A stretch of 64,000 nucleotides of DNA. Source: Octopus vulgaris. Taxonomy: Eukaryota. Below are positions 25,819 through 40,969 of this stretch, piece by piece (the stretch's first letter is position 1; each line of letters begins with the position of its first letter). Location: assembly GCA_951406725.2 (NCBI GenBank), contig OX597832.1:66154001-66218000 (forward strand), read 5' to 3'. Made by a program: the position numbers and the translations under genes. A model generated the notes under the pieces. It had not been told where the DNA came from, did no database searches, and worked only from the letters and a program-made list of their open reading frames with translations.

Positions 25819-27791
25819 TATATATGTATGTATGTATGTAAGTATGTATGTATATATTTCCGTGTGAAATATGCATATAGTATGAAAGAAAGAAAGGAAA
25901 ACAGGTAAGTAGATTTACAGTTAGAAATAGTAGTTTAAATGTTTAAATGTACGCATTAGATAAAATGAGCGATAGGTAGGATAAAAAGTAATAAATTAAT
26001 AATATATATATAACGCAAGATTTTATGTGAAAGAGAGAGAGAAAGAGAGAATGAGAAAGAGTGGGAGAGAGAGAGAGAGAGAGAGAAAAAGTGATAGAAC
26101 GACAGAATATTTTTGATGAATTGTTTGCTTTATTTTTTGCTTTTTGAATGGTATTTGTTTTTAATTTTGCAAAGTTTGCGAAAGGCATTAAAAAAAAAGG
26201 AAAACTTTGTTATTCTTTCTAGGTTTGTACCAGAAAAGCATTTGTTGTAAGATGGCAAATCTTATGTAATATTCATTGGATTCAAGAATACGTTTTGCGA
26301 ACACATATTTCCTTTGGAAATGAGAGAAAAAAATAATACAATTAAATAAAAAATGAATAGGTATTCAATCCTGTAATCATATTGGATAAGAAGGAAATAT
26401 CATCAGCTTGAAGGTGTTTGGGTCGAAAGAGAAAAAACAAAAGTAAACGTGCAGATAGGTTTTATGAAAAATATTACGAGTGACTTCCATTTATGTATTG
26501 GGGAGTAAACAGTTTGTAATGATTTATATATGGCCGGTTTCAAAGCAGAAATATTTTGCTTCTTTCTTTTTCTTATATTGCTAATCCGTAACCTTGAGCC
26601 TGGTGCAACATTCTGATCAAAGATTCTATTGTTAAGTAGTTTTTGGTTTTAATGCTCTTTCGTATTAAAAGGAATAAAATATTACAAAAAATATATGGTT
26701 GAGAAGAAACAAAATGGCGACGACTATTACATTCATCTACATGGGAAAAAGTATAAGATAATCTAGCATTATAATGGAGGAAGATAGTTGTTGTATTTCT
26801 TGAAGCAAATCAACACGTATTTATAAATATGAAATAAACAATATGATCATGGAATGCTAAAAGTAATGAAATCAAAATATATCTTGGTTTGTTATCATAA
26901 GTTAAAGGAGGAAAAATGTTTTATAACGGAATTGCATAATACGGAAAGTATTACTAGTATATTACAAGTAGATATATGCTCATTTATCACTCCGTCCAGT
27001 AAAGGTATTTTGACAGAAACATCACAGAAAGAGCGGAGAAAATCGAAGGGAAAATATCGACTTAGAAAAAGAAAGAAACTCCTATAGGCCTGGTAGAGTT
27101 TTGGGTAAACGCGATACTTAAAGTGTTCAGCATTTGATAACGGATATTGATCTGATGTGATAAGGGAAAAAAACATGGAAGCAACCAGTCCAAGGCTAAA
27201 ACAAAAATATAATTATGAAGAATATAGCTACATAGAGATGAAATTAGCTGCGAAGATTGTTACATAGTATTTCAGACCCTCTCAAATATGAGTCTCATCG
27301 TTCAAACATCCCCGGCAAGTGTAAAACTAATGTTGTTCTATATGAAGGGAAAGGCAAAGTTAACCCTGGCATAATTTAAACTCAGAGCATTAAGGTCCAC
27401 AAAGCAGCTGGGTCCAATCGGATAACATATCATCAGTAATGGAAAATACATAGATCGCTGGTCAGCATAAAGCACTGTGAATGATGGATGGGTGTATATC
27501 TGTGTATGTGCATCTATATATATATATGTTTGTGTATGTTTGCGTGTCCGTGCGTGCGTGTCTGTGTTTGTTGTTTGAGAGCTTGAGATAGAGGAAGAAA
27601 GGGAGAGAGAGAGCAAACAGAGGAGACAGTTTGCTTTGTCGCAGTGCTGGTGGAAACAGTAATTTTTAGAAACAAAAATACAATCACTTAGATTTGAAAT
27701 TTTAGAACAATATATCAATGTATTGTCGCAACTAAATAATCACGTCACTTCTGATATATAAGTGGTTCAAAGTCATGGCGGAAAATAAAAT

Positions 27792-27826
<35 letters not shown>

Positions 27827-28396
27827 AAACAACAACAACAACAACAACAACAATAATAATTAAGACAATGAGGATACGCATGATTTTGAAACAGATAAAC
27901 GAATAAGTTTTATATCTATCACACAGTAAACAAACGTACACTGCCAATTAGATATTTCGAAATTCCACATTGTCATTGACATATTCTCTATCTGAATCTA
28001 CAATCAGAACACTAACTGGCAGTAAACAAAATTACATTTGAAAACGAAATATCAACAAAACAAGTTAATTTAATGTATATAATTATCATTTGTTTCACAT
28101 ATACTACAAACTGCAGTTTTGTTTACACGAAAACAGTTCTTGACATAATCAGTATCAGTTATGTATATAAATTTGCATTTCAATCTCGTTATGAAATATA
28201 CGAGGCTGATCTAATTGCTAATTGCTATATACCAATTATTTCGTTATTTTCTATCCACGCTATTACATTATTCATACACTCTGATATGATATACAATCTG
28301 AAACTTGCTAAAGTACACAAAAGCACACGCACATACAAGCACTAACACACATAACACACAGTCATAAACATAGATACATATGCCTGTACGTTGTAT

Positions 28397-28472
<76 letters not shown>

Positions 28473-28573
28473 AACAGACAGACAGACAGAGCATATTATA
28501 TTATTTGAAATTTTTGAAAGAGCACAAAAGCAGACACACACATACACACACATATATATATTTGTATGTTTGC

Positions 28574-28604
<31 letters not shown>

Positions 28605-29486
28605 CACAAACGCACACACACACACGCACAAAAGTCAGGATGCGTGACGTTCAGTTATTCCATAAATAAAATGTGGATTAAATACTACAAAACGTATAGC
28701 ATGGACAGGCATTAACTAAACACGTAATACTTCTTCGGTTATCGATCACAAAATAATAAAACCTCGCTTCATGCATTTAATGACAAGACTAGGAACATCG
28801 TATGTCGGCAGTAGCTGGTAGATTTGCGGGTATTAAAGATCGAGCAAAGAAAATACAGGGTGGACGTTCGAAAGTAAGCAATAGTAATTTGAAACGATAG
28901 ATGAAGACAATAAATAAATAAATGTAGCCTTGGGGCCAACCACGAGGATGATGGATAAACGCTTGGGAGAAATCTGAATTGAGAAGAGAGAAAGAAGTGA
29001 AAAAGGATAGAATTGAGAAAAGAAAAAAGGAGAAAATTGAGAAGAGGAAAAAGAAGGGAAAAAGACAGAATTGAGAAGAGAAAAAGGAAGAGAAAAAAGG
29101 TCAGAGTTAAGAAGAGAAAAAGTTTGACCAACACGCTAGGCATCCACCGACAAAAATGCAGAAGATAGAAATACACTCACTTGTCACGTGTGGGTAGCAG
29201 ATAGAAGGGGAGAAGAGAGATAGAGATCGAGAGAGGGAGAGAGAGAAAGAGAGAGAGAGAATGTGTGTGTGAGAGAGATGCACAAGCAACGGTGCGCAAG
29301 AAAGAAAGCGACGCACGCAAAAGCGAAAGTTTTGATTGTCAAATAAAATCAATTCAATGAAGTGGATTTCTCTAAAGTAGTAACAATGTCAAAGTATTTA
29401 AATATGCACGTATATATGCTTATATACGTACATGCAAATTTATATATGTATGTATATGTACATATGCTTGTATTTGATTACATGTG

Positions 29487-29542
<56 letters not shown>

Positions 29543-30134
29543 CATACATATACATACACATATACATATATATATATATATATGTGTGTGTGTAAATATA
29601 TATGTATATAGACATACATATATATATGTGTGTGTGTATGCATGTGCGCGTTCGTATTCGTACAAGTATAAATGTAGATAATATTTATTTCTATACATAA
29701 TTTGTGCACGCGTGTGCGGTTCTGCGTGCGTGTATGTGTGCATATGACTCTGTGTGTGTGTGTATGAGTGTGTGTTTGTAAAATTTTTGTACATGCATGA
29801 ATACACACAAATATGTAACCATGATATTGAAATACGTATGTTTATATAGTATATCTGCCAGGTGTAAATTTAGCAGAATTATAGGATATTGCTCCTTCGT
29901 AATGCTAATGTCGACGTATTTCAAACCCGAATTAAAAGGCAAACTTAAAATCAAACCAGTTGTAGTTGTTTATTATTTTATCGGTTTCAAGCAGTTCGTT
30001 GTCGTCATCATATAACACCGTCACCAAATGTGACAGTTTTACTGAATCGATCCATTCCAGTTTCGAGGGTACATACATACATAGAGATATACAGATATAC
30101 AGTACATACATATATAAATACATACATACATTCA

Positions 30135-30231
<97 letters not shown>

Positions 30232-30300
30232 GTGTGTGTATTATGTATGTATGTGTGTATGTATATATATATATATACATATATATGTATGATGTATGTA

Positions 30301-30349
<49 letters not shown>

Positions 30350-30549
30350 GATCTATCACTATGATAGATCGTTAGCCACTACACACGATTTTTTCTCTCC
30401 TTGTTTCTCTCTTTGATTTTTCTCTGTCCCTTTCTGAAGAGCGTAGGCTCGAAACGTAAAAGTCTTTTTCTATTCCTGAGCGTTATACTAATACATCTGT
30501 TTGTTTTGTACACGACCTATTTTCCTCTTTTGTTTTTTTCATAAACACT

Positions 30550-30553
<4 letters not shown>
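30350..30553 (+). mobile_element. Short (TA)n-flanked repeat with hammerhead-like motif
   Basis: CUUU-CUGAAGAGCGUAGGCUC-GAAA-CG-UA-AAAG at 30430-30462. TA runs lie on both sides and the flanks resemble 11720-11870 and 50589-50710. Confidence 0.65.
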
Positions 30554-30599
<46 letters not shown>

Positions 30600-30618
30600 G
30601 CATGTGTGCGTGTGTGTG

Positions 30619-30880
30619 GGGGGGCACAATGGCCCAGTGATTAGGGCAGTAGACACGCGGTCGGAGGATCGCGATTTCGATTCCCAGACCGGGCGTTGTG
30701 TGTGTTTATTGGGCGGAAACACCTATAGCTCCACAAGGATCCGGCAGGAGATAGTGGCAACTCCAGTTGTACTCTTTCGCCCCAACTTTCTCTCACTCTT
30801 TCTTACTGTTTCTTGAGTAACGCTGCGATGGACTGGCGTCCCTTCCAGCTGGGGGGAACCCATACGCCACAGAAACCGGC
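30619..30880 (+). mobile_element. tRNA-derived SINE, family C
   Basis: GGGGGGCACAATGGCCCAGTGATTAGGGC (A box) ... GATTTCGATTCCCAGACC (B box); body includes GCTGCGATGGACTGGCGTCCC.TCCAG. Confidence 0.75.
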
Positions 30881-31703
30881 TTCAAAAGGACGCATAAATA
30901 ATTAAAAAAAAATAATGTATATACTTAAACACATATATTTACATATGTATCCCCACAAACATACACAAACCCAAACACAAACTCTACAGGGGAAATATTC
31001 GGCGTTAGCCGGGCTGCAGACTCCGGAAACTGAAGTTCGTTGACTTTCTAATGTGATTTACTTAAATTGTGGTCTCATGTTACAAATAGCCAATTCATCC
31101 GAATAAATGTTTTCATATTTTAAATCTTATTTGGATTCCTCTTTCAAACCATCAAAGTTATGATTGTAAAATAATTATGAATTTTTATTTATTTATTTAT
31201 TTTTACTTAACCGTAATCTTAAACACTGATCGTTATCCTATAAGTTCCAACCCAAAACTGGAAACATAAGCCTTTACTTTTCGGTATTTTATATCGCATA
31301 ATCTATTTTGTAAATCTCTTTTTTTATGTTTTTAACATTTTTATCTATGGAACATCTTAATGTCTACATTTATTATATATGCTTTTTGAAGAAGGAATAG
31401 TAGAAATCTGTATAGCATTAGGCATATGCTTCAGATTTTATGTATTACGATTAAGTTTAATAAAATGCCATTTGAAAGGAAAACACTAAATATTAAAAGG
31501 AAATTTAATCATTTCAAAGTGATATATTAAAGAATGCTATACTATGATGTGAGTACGTGTGTGTTTACAAGCCATCTTTACGGATTTAGTAGTTGTGTGA
31601 TGACGCTTAGGATCCAGGCATGGCGAAGCCAATTCTCATATTCAAGGATTTAATTTTCAACCTGGTTGATTTTCTGTTGTTTTTGTTGTTCTTGTTATTA
31701 TTA

Positions 31704-31764
<61 letters not shown>

Positions 31765-31819
31765 CATTATTATTATCTTCATCATCCTCATCCTCACCAT
31801 CATCATCATCATCATTTCT

Positions 31820-33620
31820 TTTTATCTCAGATTTTGTATTTAACTCCTAGAGACTTGCATGCCTATAGTACCATGTTATCTGCGGTTTTTTCAACTACCT
31901 AATACTTTCCTGATTACTCTGTTCGTGCTGGAGAAGTGGGGGAGAAAACCTTTTGTAACTGGAGACTATTCCCATTACCTTTATATTTCACTTGATGCAT
32001 TATGTTACTGTTCCCAAGGAACCAGCTATAGCCTGCTCCATCTTTACCTTCTTCATATTCCTAACCGCTCTATTCCGTACGTAAAAAGATTGTATATGTC
32101 TATCTTTTTGCTTTACTTCTTGATTAGCCGTGGGTCAAAGGCGCATGCAACAACAACTACATAACATATGTGGTGCATCTTGTCCACCGCCACTAGGTCC
32201 GATCTGTTATGCTGAAGCACCTGATCTGTTTTGATTGGGAAATCGCAGAAGATTTTCCTAGTCTTCGACTCCACCACTCTCTGCAATCTATGCTAGCCCC
32301 CACTTTTCGCACAGATTGCTATGTAGCATTTTCTGTATCTGATCGTGTCGCCATAACTTTTAGTGGTTTTGGGCAAGTCTTGGGCATTCGTTCGTGATAC
32401 GGGCAATGGTTTCACCCACTCTATTGCAATGCGGCAAAGCGGAGACACTTGTTCATTCATAATTTTGACCATCCATGTTCGCGGCCAAAGATTAGTCTTG
32501 TGCTGCTAGTATAGTGCACTCGGTCTCTTTTGTTGGGTTCCTTTCATCAGCCAATCCCACCAAATTTTTCCAGCAACTTCTGTTGTGGCTGCTTGGAATT
32601 GATTGTGTAGTCCTTTCTTGCGTAATTCATCTTCACGTCCATTTTGCTTTTCATCCTTTCTTTTTACTTTTTTCTCTGCTTTTAATTCTCCCTCGTTCCT
32701 GTCACTTAGCAATGTTTCCTTACTTTGGTCTAGGTATCTCATTAAGCACTTGAGTTCAATATGCACGTAGTCTTCACATGTATAGGCGATAAGTGTCCGC
32801 ACGTGGATGATGGGAACCATGGATCGGTAGAAGCTTTCTTGACTTCCTGTCCATCCCTCTTAGTTCCTCTTCTGTCCAGTTCAAGATTCCATCGCCATAC
32901 TGAACTACTGCGACTGCGCGCGATTTTATTGCCGAAATTATGTTTCTGGTATTCAGCTTTGAAGTCAGTATTTTTTTCATTTGCCGCAGGTGCTCTCTTT
33001 TTGTCATTTCCTTCGTGTCATTTTGTTTGATTCCATCTGCCACAAGTATTCTCTGGTATTTATAGCTGGATTGAGGCTGAATTGCTTTCATTATTTCACT
33101 ACTTGGCTACCATATGTCTTCTGTTCTCAAAAGCTTTTCTCGTCTCATCAACATCGTAGCACATTTTGAGAGTTTAAACTCCATCTTAATATCACTGGAG
33201 AAAATCCACACAGACTCTATTAGGCTGTCCAGTTCTGACTCAGATTTTGTGAATAACTTCAGTACGTTCATGAACAGCAAGTTTTCCCTTCCCTCTTCCT
33301 AGATCATACCCCAACATTGTCACCTGCACTAATTCCCTGAAGGGGATAATTCCCAGTACGAATATCAGTGGGGTAACATTGTCCCCCTGGAAGATTCCAC
33401 TCTTGATTTTCATCTATCTTAATACTTGAGTTCCTGCTGTCAATTCCGTTCTCCAATATTTCGTCCTATTTCATTTAAGGCTTATCATATTTTCTGCTAC
33501 TCCATACATTTCTAGTTTTTAGTATCCAGGAGTGTGGTGCCATATCTTATGATTTACGATAGTCAGTGTATGTCATGCTCAGGTTTATGTGTCTTATCTT
33601 GCAGCTGCTGAGCCTCCTTC
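31820..33620 (-). mobile_element. R4/Dong-clade non-LTR retrotransposon fragment (RT to 3' end) with (TAA)n/(TGA)n tail
   Basis: Minus frames give DYRKS.DMAPHSWILK, IKSGIFQGD, LLFMNVLKLF, YKY..KKILTSKLNTRNIISAI..NWTEEELRGMDRKSRKLLPIHGSHHPRADTYRLY and RVIRKVLG. The 3' end runs into the repeat array at 31695-31815. Confidence 0.85.
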
Positions 33621-33669
33621 ATTTGGGAGCCACACAAGACCCTTAAGAGTGTTATTTTAGACTTTTTAC

Positions 33670-33810
33670 ATTCTGAGCATTAATTCTGCTGTGATTGTCT
33701 TTACTTTTCATCCTTTTGAGGTCGATAAAGTACCAGTCGAGTACTGCTGTAGATACATTCAACTAACCCACTTTTACAAATATTTTTGACCTCGTGCCAA
33801 ATTTTGTAGC
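33670..33810 (+). mobile_element. SINE family A, diverged
   Basis: CTTTACTTTTCATCCTTTTGAGGTCGATAAAGTACCAGT core. Confidence 0.7.
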
Positions 33811-36800
33811 AAATATTATAATAATTTCCTCTGAGTAAAATTCTGCGAGCCATTTCACCTTCCCCTCCATCATCTGTTAAACATATGTCAGAAGTTTGAA
33901 ATCTGTATTCAATTATCACAATCCTATATTTTAAAACGAGTTATAGGATATTCTGTTATTTAAACTTTTCCTAATAGAATTAGCGAAATTGCGAGTGTGA
34001 AAAATCACGTGCATTGGCATTGAACACCTCAATCTAGAAACTGAAACTGAAGGCAGCTGTACATCCTCCTCTGTTGCATTTGCAGTAACGCAGGAGACAA
34101 TATTTCAATAGATATTATATTGCAACTGATAAGAATCTGTGTTTTATTCAGTTCTGCAGGAAGACATTTATTCACACTCTTTCAAATGATTATCAGCATT
34201 TCAACTTTTACTTTCACTACTCAATCAGGTGTTTATCCGTGACATCACTTTGGTGCAACATTAGACAACTGTCCACAATACAGTTCTTAAATTACTTGAA
34301 AAGGATAGAGAGAAATCAGAAAGATATGATAGAAATGAATGAATAAATAAGTAAACGAAGAGCGAAAGAGAAATGAAGACGGAGAGAAAGAAAGATAGAA
34401 AGAAAGTTAGAAATAATTCGCTAGCAAAACAGTACATTAAGTTTGTATCTACGAAAAAGGAAGACATGCATTATATGAAACTTATACTGAATGGATTAGA
34501 TAACACATCATGACAAGCTTGTTACCTCTGTATCATTAAATCTAATATGGGATTTGAATGTTGCTATATTAGCAACAATGATCATATCGCAAACTACTTG
34601 TTTCAGATGCAAATAACCATTGTCTCGTTTGATATATCAGAGCTAGTTGTGCTTCGTGTGATCAAGACAGATTATATATTGATGTATGTGTATAATACAG
34701 TGAAATATGCATCTAATCACGTTTGTTAGCATTCATACAGATGCATAAAGACTGAATGTGTACGATTACTAATTGTTAAGCTTAAGATCTGCGTTCAGTG
34801 CATATCAATTCCAGAATTATATACAGGTAACGACGAACGATTACTCACTACCTCTGTTATGTGATGAAGGCCAGTATGTCTGAAACATTCTGGCTCATTG
34901 TATGTAGTTTTGTAATTTCTAACGTCGTGAATCTCAAGGAACTAGTGAAGCTAGGCGTCGACAGCCGTTACATTTTTGTGTGAAGTGAATAATCTAACAT
35001 CTTTGGCTTTAGTCAAAACTTAGAAAGTGAGGGAGATGTAAAACTTTCTCACAGTTTCAGAACACATGCGTGTTGCATGTTCTTCCAATTAGTTCGATTT
35101 ACGCATATTTTAAGGAAAGATCCATTAGAAACTTTAGACATAGCCACACCTAAAATGACGGGAACGGCACATCTGATTTCTTTTTCACTACTTTAAGAAA
35201 TTCCAGAGAATATTGCAAGCAACTAGTAATAAAACAAGCCTCAAGCAAACAGTTAGATTGTTGTGAGATACAAATGAAAATAATAAAGAAACTCTAATAA
35301 GGTTCCTTAAAAGCCATAGAACTTACAACAGAAGATTTCAACGAATTAAGACAATATTTGTCAGGGAAAACTGGAAGATTCCATGGAAGGGATTTTCAAA
35401 GAAAATTAATAGTTTAGAAACCCTTCTCATAACAGAAGACAACAACATGGTTGAACAGTGACCCTAGAATTTCAAAATAGCAAATACAGAAGTGAATTTC
35501 ATATTTTCCAAGCTCAAATTAATATACGTTGGATTCAAAACAGCCGAGTTCATATATTTCCCAATGGTGATTTAGATTGGTGAAGAATTTATCCCTGTTT
35601 ATTACATGCGTAATTATTGCAGAGAAGGAAATGATGTAACGAGAGAGTTGCTATCTGGTGACCTGAACTGCTAGCAACAGCAGATAAATCTACCTCAGAT
35701 AACTTATACATCAGTGTCTTAAATAAGGAAATTACACATTGCAAACTGTAGTCACCCATCACATAACCAGAGATGCGAGATGGTGCAGGCTTAAAAATGC
35801 CGATAATTACAGGTCTGCTAATGAGTACACATAACAGGACGAACAGCATTTAACAAAATGAGTATAGCCATTAGGACGAATGGAATGGCAACAGTTATTG
35901 GGATAAGGTATAGTGAGTTAAAGAGACATAAATACACAATCCACAGACGCAATGCAGAATGTATAGGATTCATGAATATTTACTGTATCCAATGACAGTG
36001 GTGACGTTGCTATTGGTAAAAAATTATTAAGCAAATTTTTATAGTTTATTGGTGCCAATGTGTTAGATTGCCATGAAACCTGAAAATTTGAATAAAGAAG
36101 CTTGAATGGAGAATCATCATAAAAAGAGTCACATGTCAAAATAGGAGATAGCTGAAACGTATTTGAATTTATGATATTATGCCCCCATCAACCTCCAGTA
36201 TTTTCTTTTTAAGCTTCTTTGAAGCATATACATTTTTTAATTACGACGTTGTTCAATAAATTCTCTGCTGAAAGACTTGTGACCACAAGATTACACGGTT
36301 TTTATCCTTGCTGCAATCGAAATAATTTTTACATCAAAACTCTCTTGCGTTTCATAAGGTCAATACTCCTTTTGAGGGCAACGTTGTGTCAAGTAGAATG
36401 ACATTAATATGGATTGAAACTGCAGTGCAAGTTTCTAGTCGGCTCGAGAGTAAAAGCGGATAATGAATACAAATGAGATGTATTGCGTTGTGCAGTAATA
36501 AATCAAATATTTAGTCTGAACCATCTATTTGGAATATTTTTAAAAATATTTCTATTATGTGTCATTGCTGTTGTGTACAGTACACCAGCAAATACAGAAG
36601 GTGAAAAATCCTTGACGAAATATGAATAATTCAATTAAGTTTTGATAAGAAAATACATTACGCATCTAAGCAACAAACTGAAGATAAAAATATAAATTAA
36701 TATTGTATAATATTTCAAGAAAGATGAAAATAATATTCGAAGATAGGAAAACAGAGAAAAACGAAAAATAAAAGAAGAGAAAAATACATGGGAGATAGAA

Positions 36801-38052
36801 TATTGTGTTTCATAAATTTTGAAAGACAATATCAAGAGAGAACGAAAGGAAAAATTAACGACAGCATCAATATTAATTTAAGGACAGTAAGTCAAATTCA
36901 AGTGTCAAAGATGAACGATCGAAATCTTGAAATACCTTTAGGAAATTCGTATAATCACAAACGCTTAAGATAAACAAATGAATGTAAGAAATAATATAAA
37001 CAATTCCACGGTATATAATAAATATTTTCTATATTTTCAGTCACATGCAAATCCTTACCTTGGGCCGATGAGATAAAATAAATCTAATCTAGGAAAATTG
37101 TTTCTAGGTCTAGACATATTTATAATAGATTTTGATGAGGATGAGTCAATCAACGAAATAGAATACTATTGAAAGGCCTTTTATTGGAAATGTATGGTAA
37201 TAGACCAATCGTCAATCTAAGAACTTTATTACAGGTACGAATAGACAGGCGTATATGCTGTAGAGAATGGTATATAAAGTCAATAGTTGTACATTACAAC
37301 CATTTTAACAAACAAGTTAGCAGAAACAAGGAAGAAACTTAGAGGGAAAACTTTCAAACATCAGCTCCTGCAGTTTTCCGCCAACTGGGTCATCACATGA
37401 CAACATATATTTAAAAGTGAAAATCATGAGTAACCCGAAATCAAGGTCAAAACCCTAATTGAAAGGAGTATTCCTAACACTTCTTAATAATTCAGGACCT
37501 CTGTAATGGAATGAATATCTGAAGCGTCAATTTTCATCCGGACATGAAGTTCAAGATTCTGTCGATGTACGATTATATTTACGTACGTGAAAAGTATTAC
37601 CACATTTTGTTCATACCAGATAAAATTTAACATCAGAAATACAAATTTTAACTTTGCTCGTTATTTACAAACGAAATCCGTATGAAATGAACAGTTGCTT
37701 TGTTTGGTTTCTTGCTTTTGATTAGACAAAATTTACGATGAAAAGAAGTGTTTTGTTCACCTGTATTTATTTATTTATTTATTAAAATAACTTCCAATCT
37801 GAAACAGTTATCTCGTAGACCGAGTATAAAAACCGTTTGTCAAAGGCCACGGACGCCTCTTATAAGACAAGAGGTTAGGGCGTTGTGCTACGTAATATAA
37901 GTAAATACAAGATGCAGAATTTGTTCTGTTAATTTAGTAAATGTTTAAGTGCAAAGCAGAATGGCTTCATGTTAATTACTGAGCGTGCAAATGATGAAAC
38001 ATCAAACTTATAAAATAAAAGAATTACATTGCCAACATATAAAAAAGAATTA

Positions 38053-38185
38053 CATTCACCGAGGTCATATTTGCCTTTCATCATTTCTCGGTCGATAAAG
38101 CACGTACCAGTTGTGCACTGGGTCGGTGTAATCGACGTATTCCTCCTCAAAAACTGAAGGAATTGTGCTAGAATTTGAAGCCAAT
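38053..38185 (+). mobile_element. SINE family A, 3' part
   Basis: CCGAGGTC..TTTGCCTTTCATC.TT..CGGTCGATAAA..GTACCAGTTGTGCACTGGGTCG.TGTAATCGAC. Confidence 0.75.
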
Positions 38186-39270
38186 ATTGAAATAAATAAT
38201 TGGTTTTATATGATCAAAACCTGCGAATGTTGTGCGCCAGTATGTCCGTAGTTCAATGTCTCAAACCAGTAATAAGCACACACACACACACACACAAACA
38301 AAACACACACACACACACATATATACATGTATACATACAAAATGTATTGAAATATAAAGCAATGTAAAGCAATGTAAAGCTATATGTTGTAAGTACATAC
38401 GCATAAACTCAAAGAATAGATTGCCTAAAATAACAATGTTATAACAGCAACGTGGTTGGATGTAATTTGTGATATAACATCAATATCGTAACTTCATTGG
38501 CTTCTGACGTGAGTTCGGCGTCTTAACATGAGTGAGTTTTCTGTTTTGAACGAGAACTGAAACTAAGATGCACTTTCACATTGCGGTAAGTTTACATATT
38601 TCTGTAAGAGACATAGAGAGAGAAAGAGGGGAAAAAGACAGAGACTGAATGAGAGAGAGAGAGCGAGGGACAAAGATAAAGAAAGAGAAAGTAAGAGAGA
38701 GAGAGGGACAGAGATAAAGAAAGAAAGATAGACAGAGAGACAGAGAGAAATATAGTATGCGAGAAACCATATCCTCATTGATATTCCAAGCATAGTTTAA
38801 ATGTATGCAGAAATTATATTTCGAGGAAATGAATGTATTATTTGTTTGAAATAATGGAGTATTGTATACGGTATGATAATAAAATACAAAGACGAATAAA
38901 CAAGCAAAAAATTACAAGAGATAAAAAATAAAAGCTAAAAGCATAAAGAAACGGTGCAACATAAAAATAAAGATATAGCAATAATAGTGTAAGGCAAAAT
39001 GCTGATATAAATATTTATAATACGCCATGCGTTGATATAAATGTTGACAATATAACAGAATTCTGGATAGCATATAAAATATCAGCGATTTACTATAGTT
39101 ATGTAAAGCTGGATTGTTGAAGTATGCCTCGGTGTGTGTGTGTCGGTGTGTGCGTGATTATGTGTGTGTGTATGTAGCTATACGCGTATAATTATCTATA
39201 TATACGTGTGTATATATACATACACGCACATATATATTTATATATATATATATATGCACACATACACACA

Positions 39271-39318
<48 letters not shown>

Positions 39319-39825
39319 AAGGGAGTGAGAGAAAGAGAGAGAGGTGTGTGAGAGTGAGGTACTACTCTAGGGCGTAGAGTTTCGTGCAAAATAATACATT
39401 CATTTTCTCTAAATTCAGTTACCTGCATAAATTTACACTATCCTTCGAATATCAATGAGGTTACGGTTTGTGTGTGTGTGTTGTAAAGAAATTCGAAAAC
39501 ACACTTCACACTGAAAATACGTCTCATTTTCACCTTCTATTCAGTCTTTGCAATTCACAGAATTAAATAGTGTGATTTAACATCATAAACTACCACTCAT
39601 ATACTACTGGTATTACGTCATATATTTATCTGATGCTATGTTGTTGATATCAAATCGTCATTCAATTAAAATACACTGCTGTTGCGCAATTCTAACGTCA
39701 GGGAATCATTAAATCCACCAAGTATGAAATTTATACTCTTTTTTTAAGGGCAATTAGATAAAAGGCTTGCTTTCTCAAACAGGCTTTAGAATTCAGTTCC
39801 ATCGCGAGACACCGGCGTATGTATG

Positions 39826-39911
<86 letters not shown>

Positions 39912-40054
39912 GTGTGTGTGTGTAATATTTTGGACAAAAATATATGTCGATTAAAGTGCTGAAGTCTTCAGTAGAGCACTGGTAGAATTGGTGTCATCCG
40001 CGTTCGGGGTATATTGCCGTTAGATCTACTGCAGAACTCCGTAGTGTTAGTTGA

Positions 40055-40055
<1 letters not shown>

Positions 40056-40152
<97 letters not shown>

Positions 40153-40154
40153 TG

Positions 40155-40188
<34 letters not shown>

Positions 40189-40228
40189 TAATAATAATAA
40201 TAATAATGATAATAATAATAATGATAAT
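40056..40228. repeat. (TAA)n microsatellite
   Basis: Direct observation. Confidence 0.95.
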
Positions 40229-40969
40229 TTCTTAAGTAACTAGAGGATGGATTTGGTATTAATCTTTATTTTATACAGGGGCCGTCTTCACACATCCTGC
40301 AAGTATCCCTTATGTGTGAAATTCCGTTCAACATGTTGTGTTGCATCAATTTTGCGATTTAGGTCTCATCATGTACATCCATACATAAAGTTGTGACTCG
40401 ATAAAGGTCCTATGTTTTGGCTGTGATGTTCTTATATGCTCCTCCAGTTAGAGAATGAAACATCGCTATAATTTTCAATTATTATTATCTTTCTTCGATA
40501 AGGTTTGCAAATATTTGTTGCTAAAATATAGAACAAAAATTTCCAGGGGAAGTCAACGGATGGATAAGGATGGTTTGAGTTACATTGGGTTTAAGACAAA
40601 TTAATGGTACTAGAAGGAATAGAGAGATATATCTGCATTTTGTAATGCCTCGTAGGCGAAAGGTTGTTTAGCTAGATCAGGATGTGTATACACATATATG
40701 CACACTCACCCACAAGGTCAATTACAGCCGTAGCTCGTATAATTTATGGCTGGAACATACCTCATTAGGCAACTCGCAGTCACTCTGATTCGCTCCACGT
40801 CTATATCACCGATGGTGAATCACACACCGCTACATATATATATTCAACACAAACACACCCAGAAATAGTAAAAATAATAACAGGTTAATAACAGGTCAGC
40901 GACAAGCACGAATGTAAATAGAAATGACCGGACCGTTACCAGCTGAACACACACAAACTAAACAACTGA

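Noticed and set aside
30619-30695. tRNA-like sequence with A and B boxes
   Set aside because: It does not form a full cloverleaf and continues into a SINE body; it is a SINE head, not a tRNA gene.
35200-37500. Hints of a very old LINE RT (DKSTSDN..ISVLN-like peptide)
   Set aside because: Too degenerate to support a call by eye.
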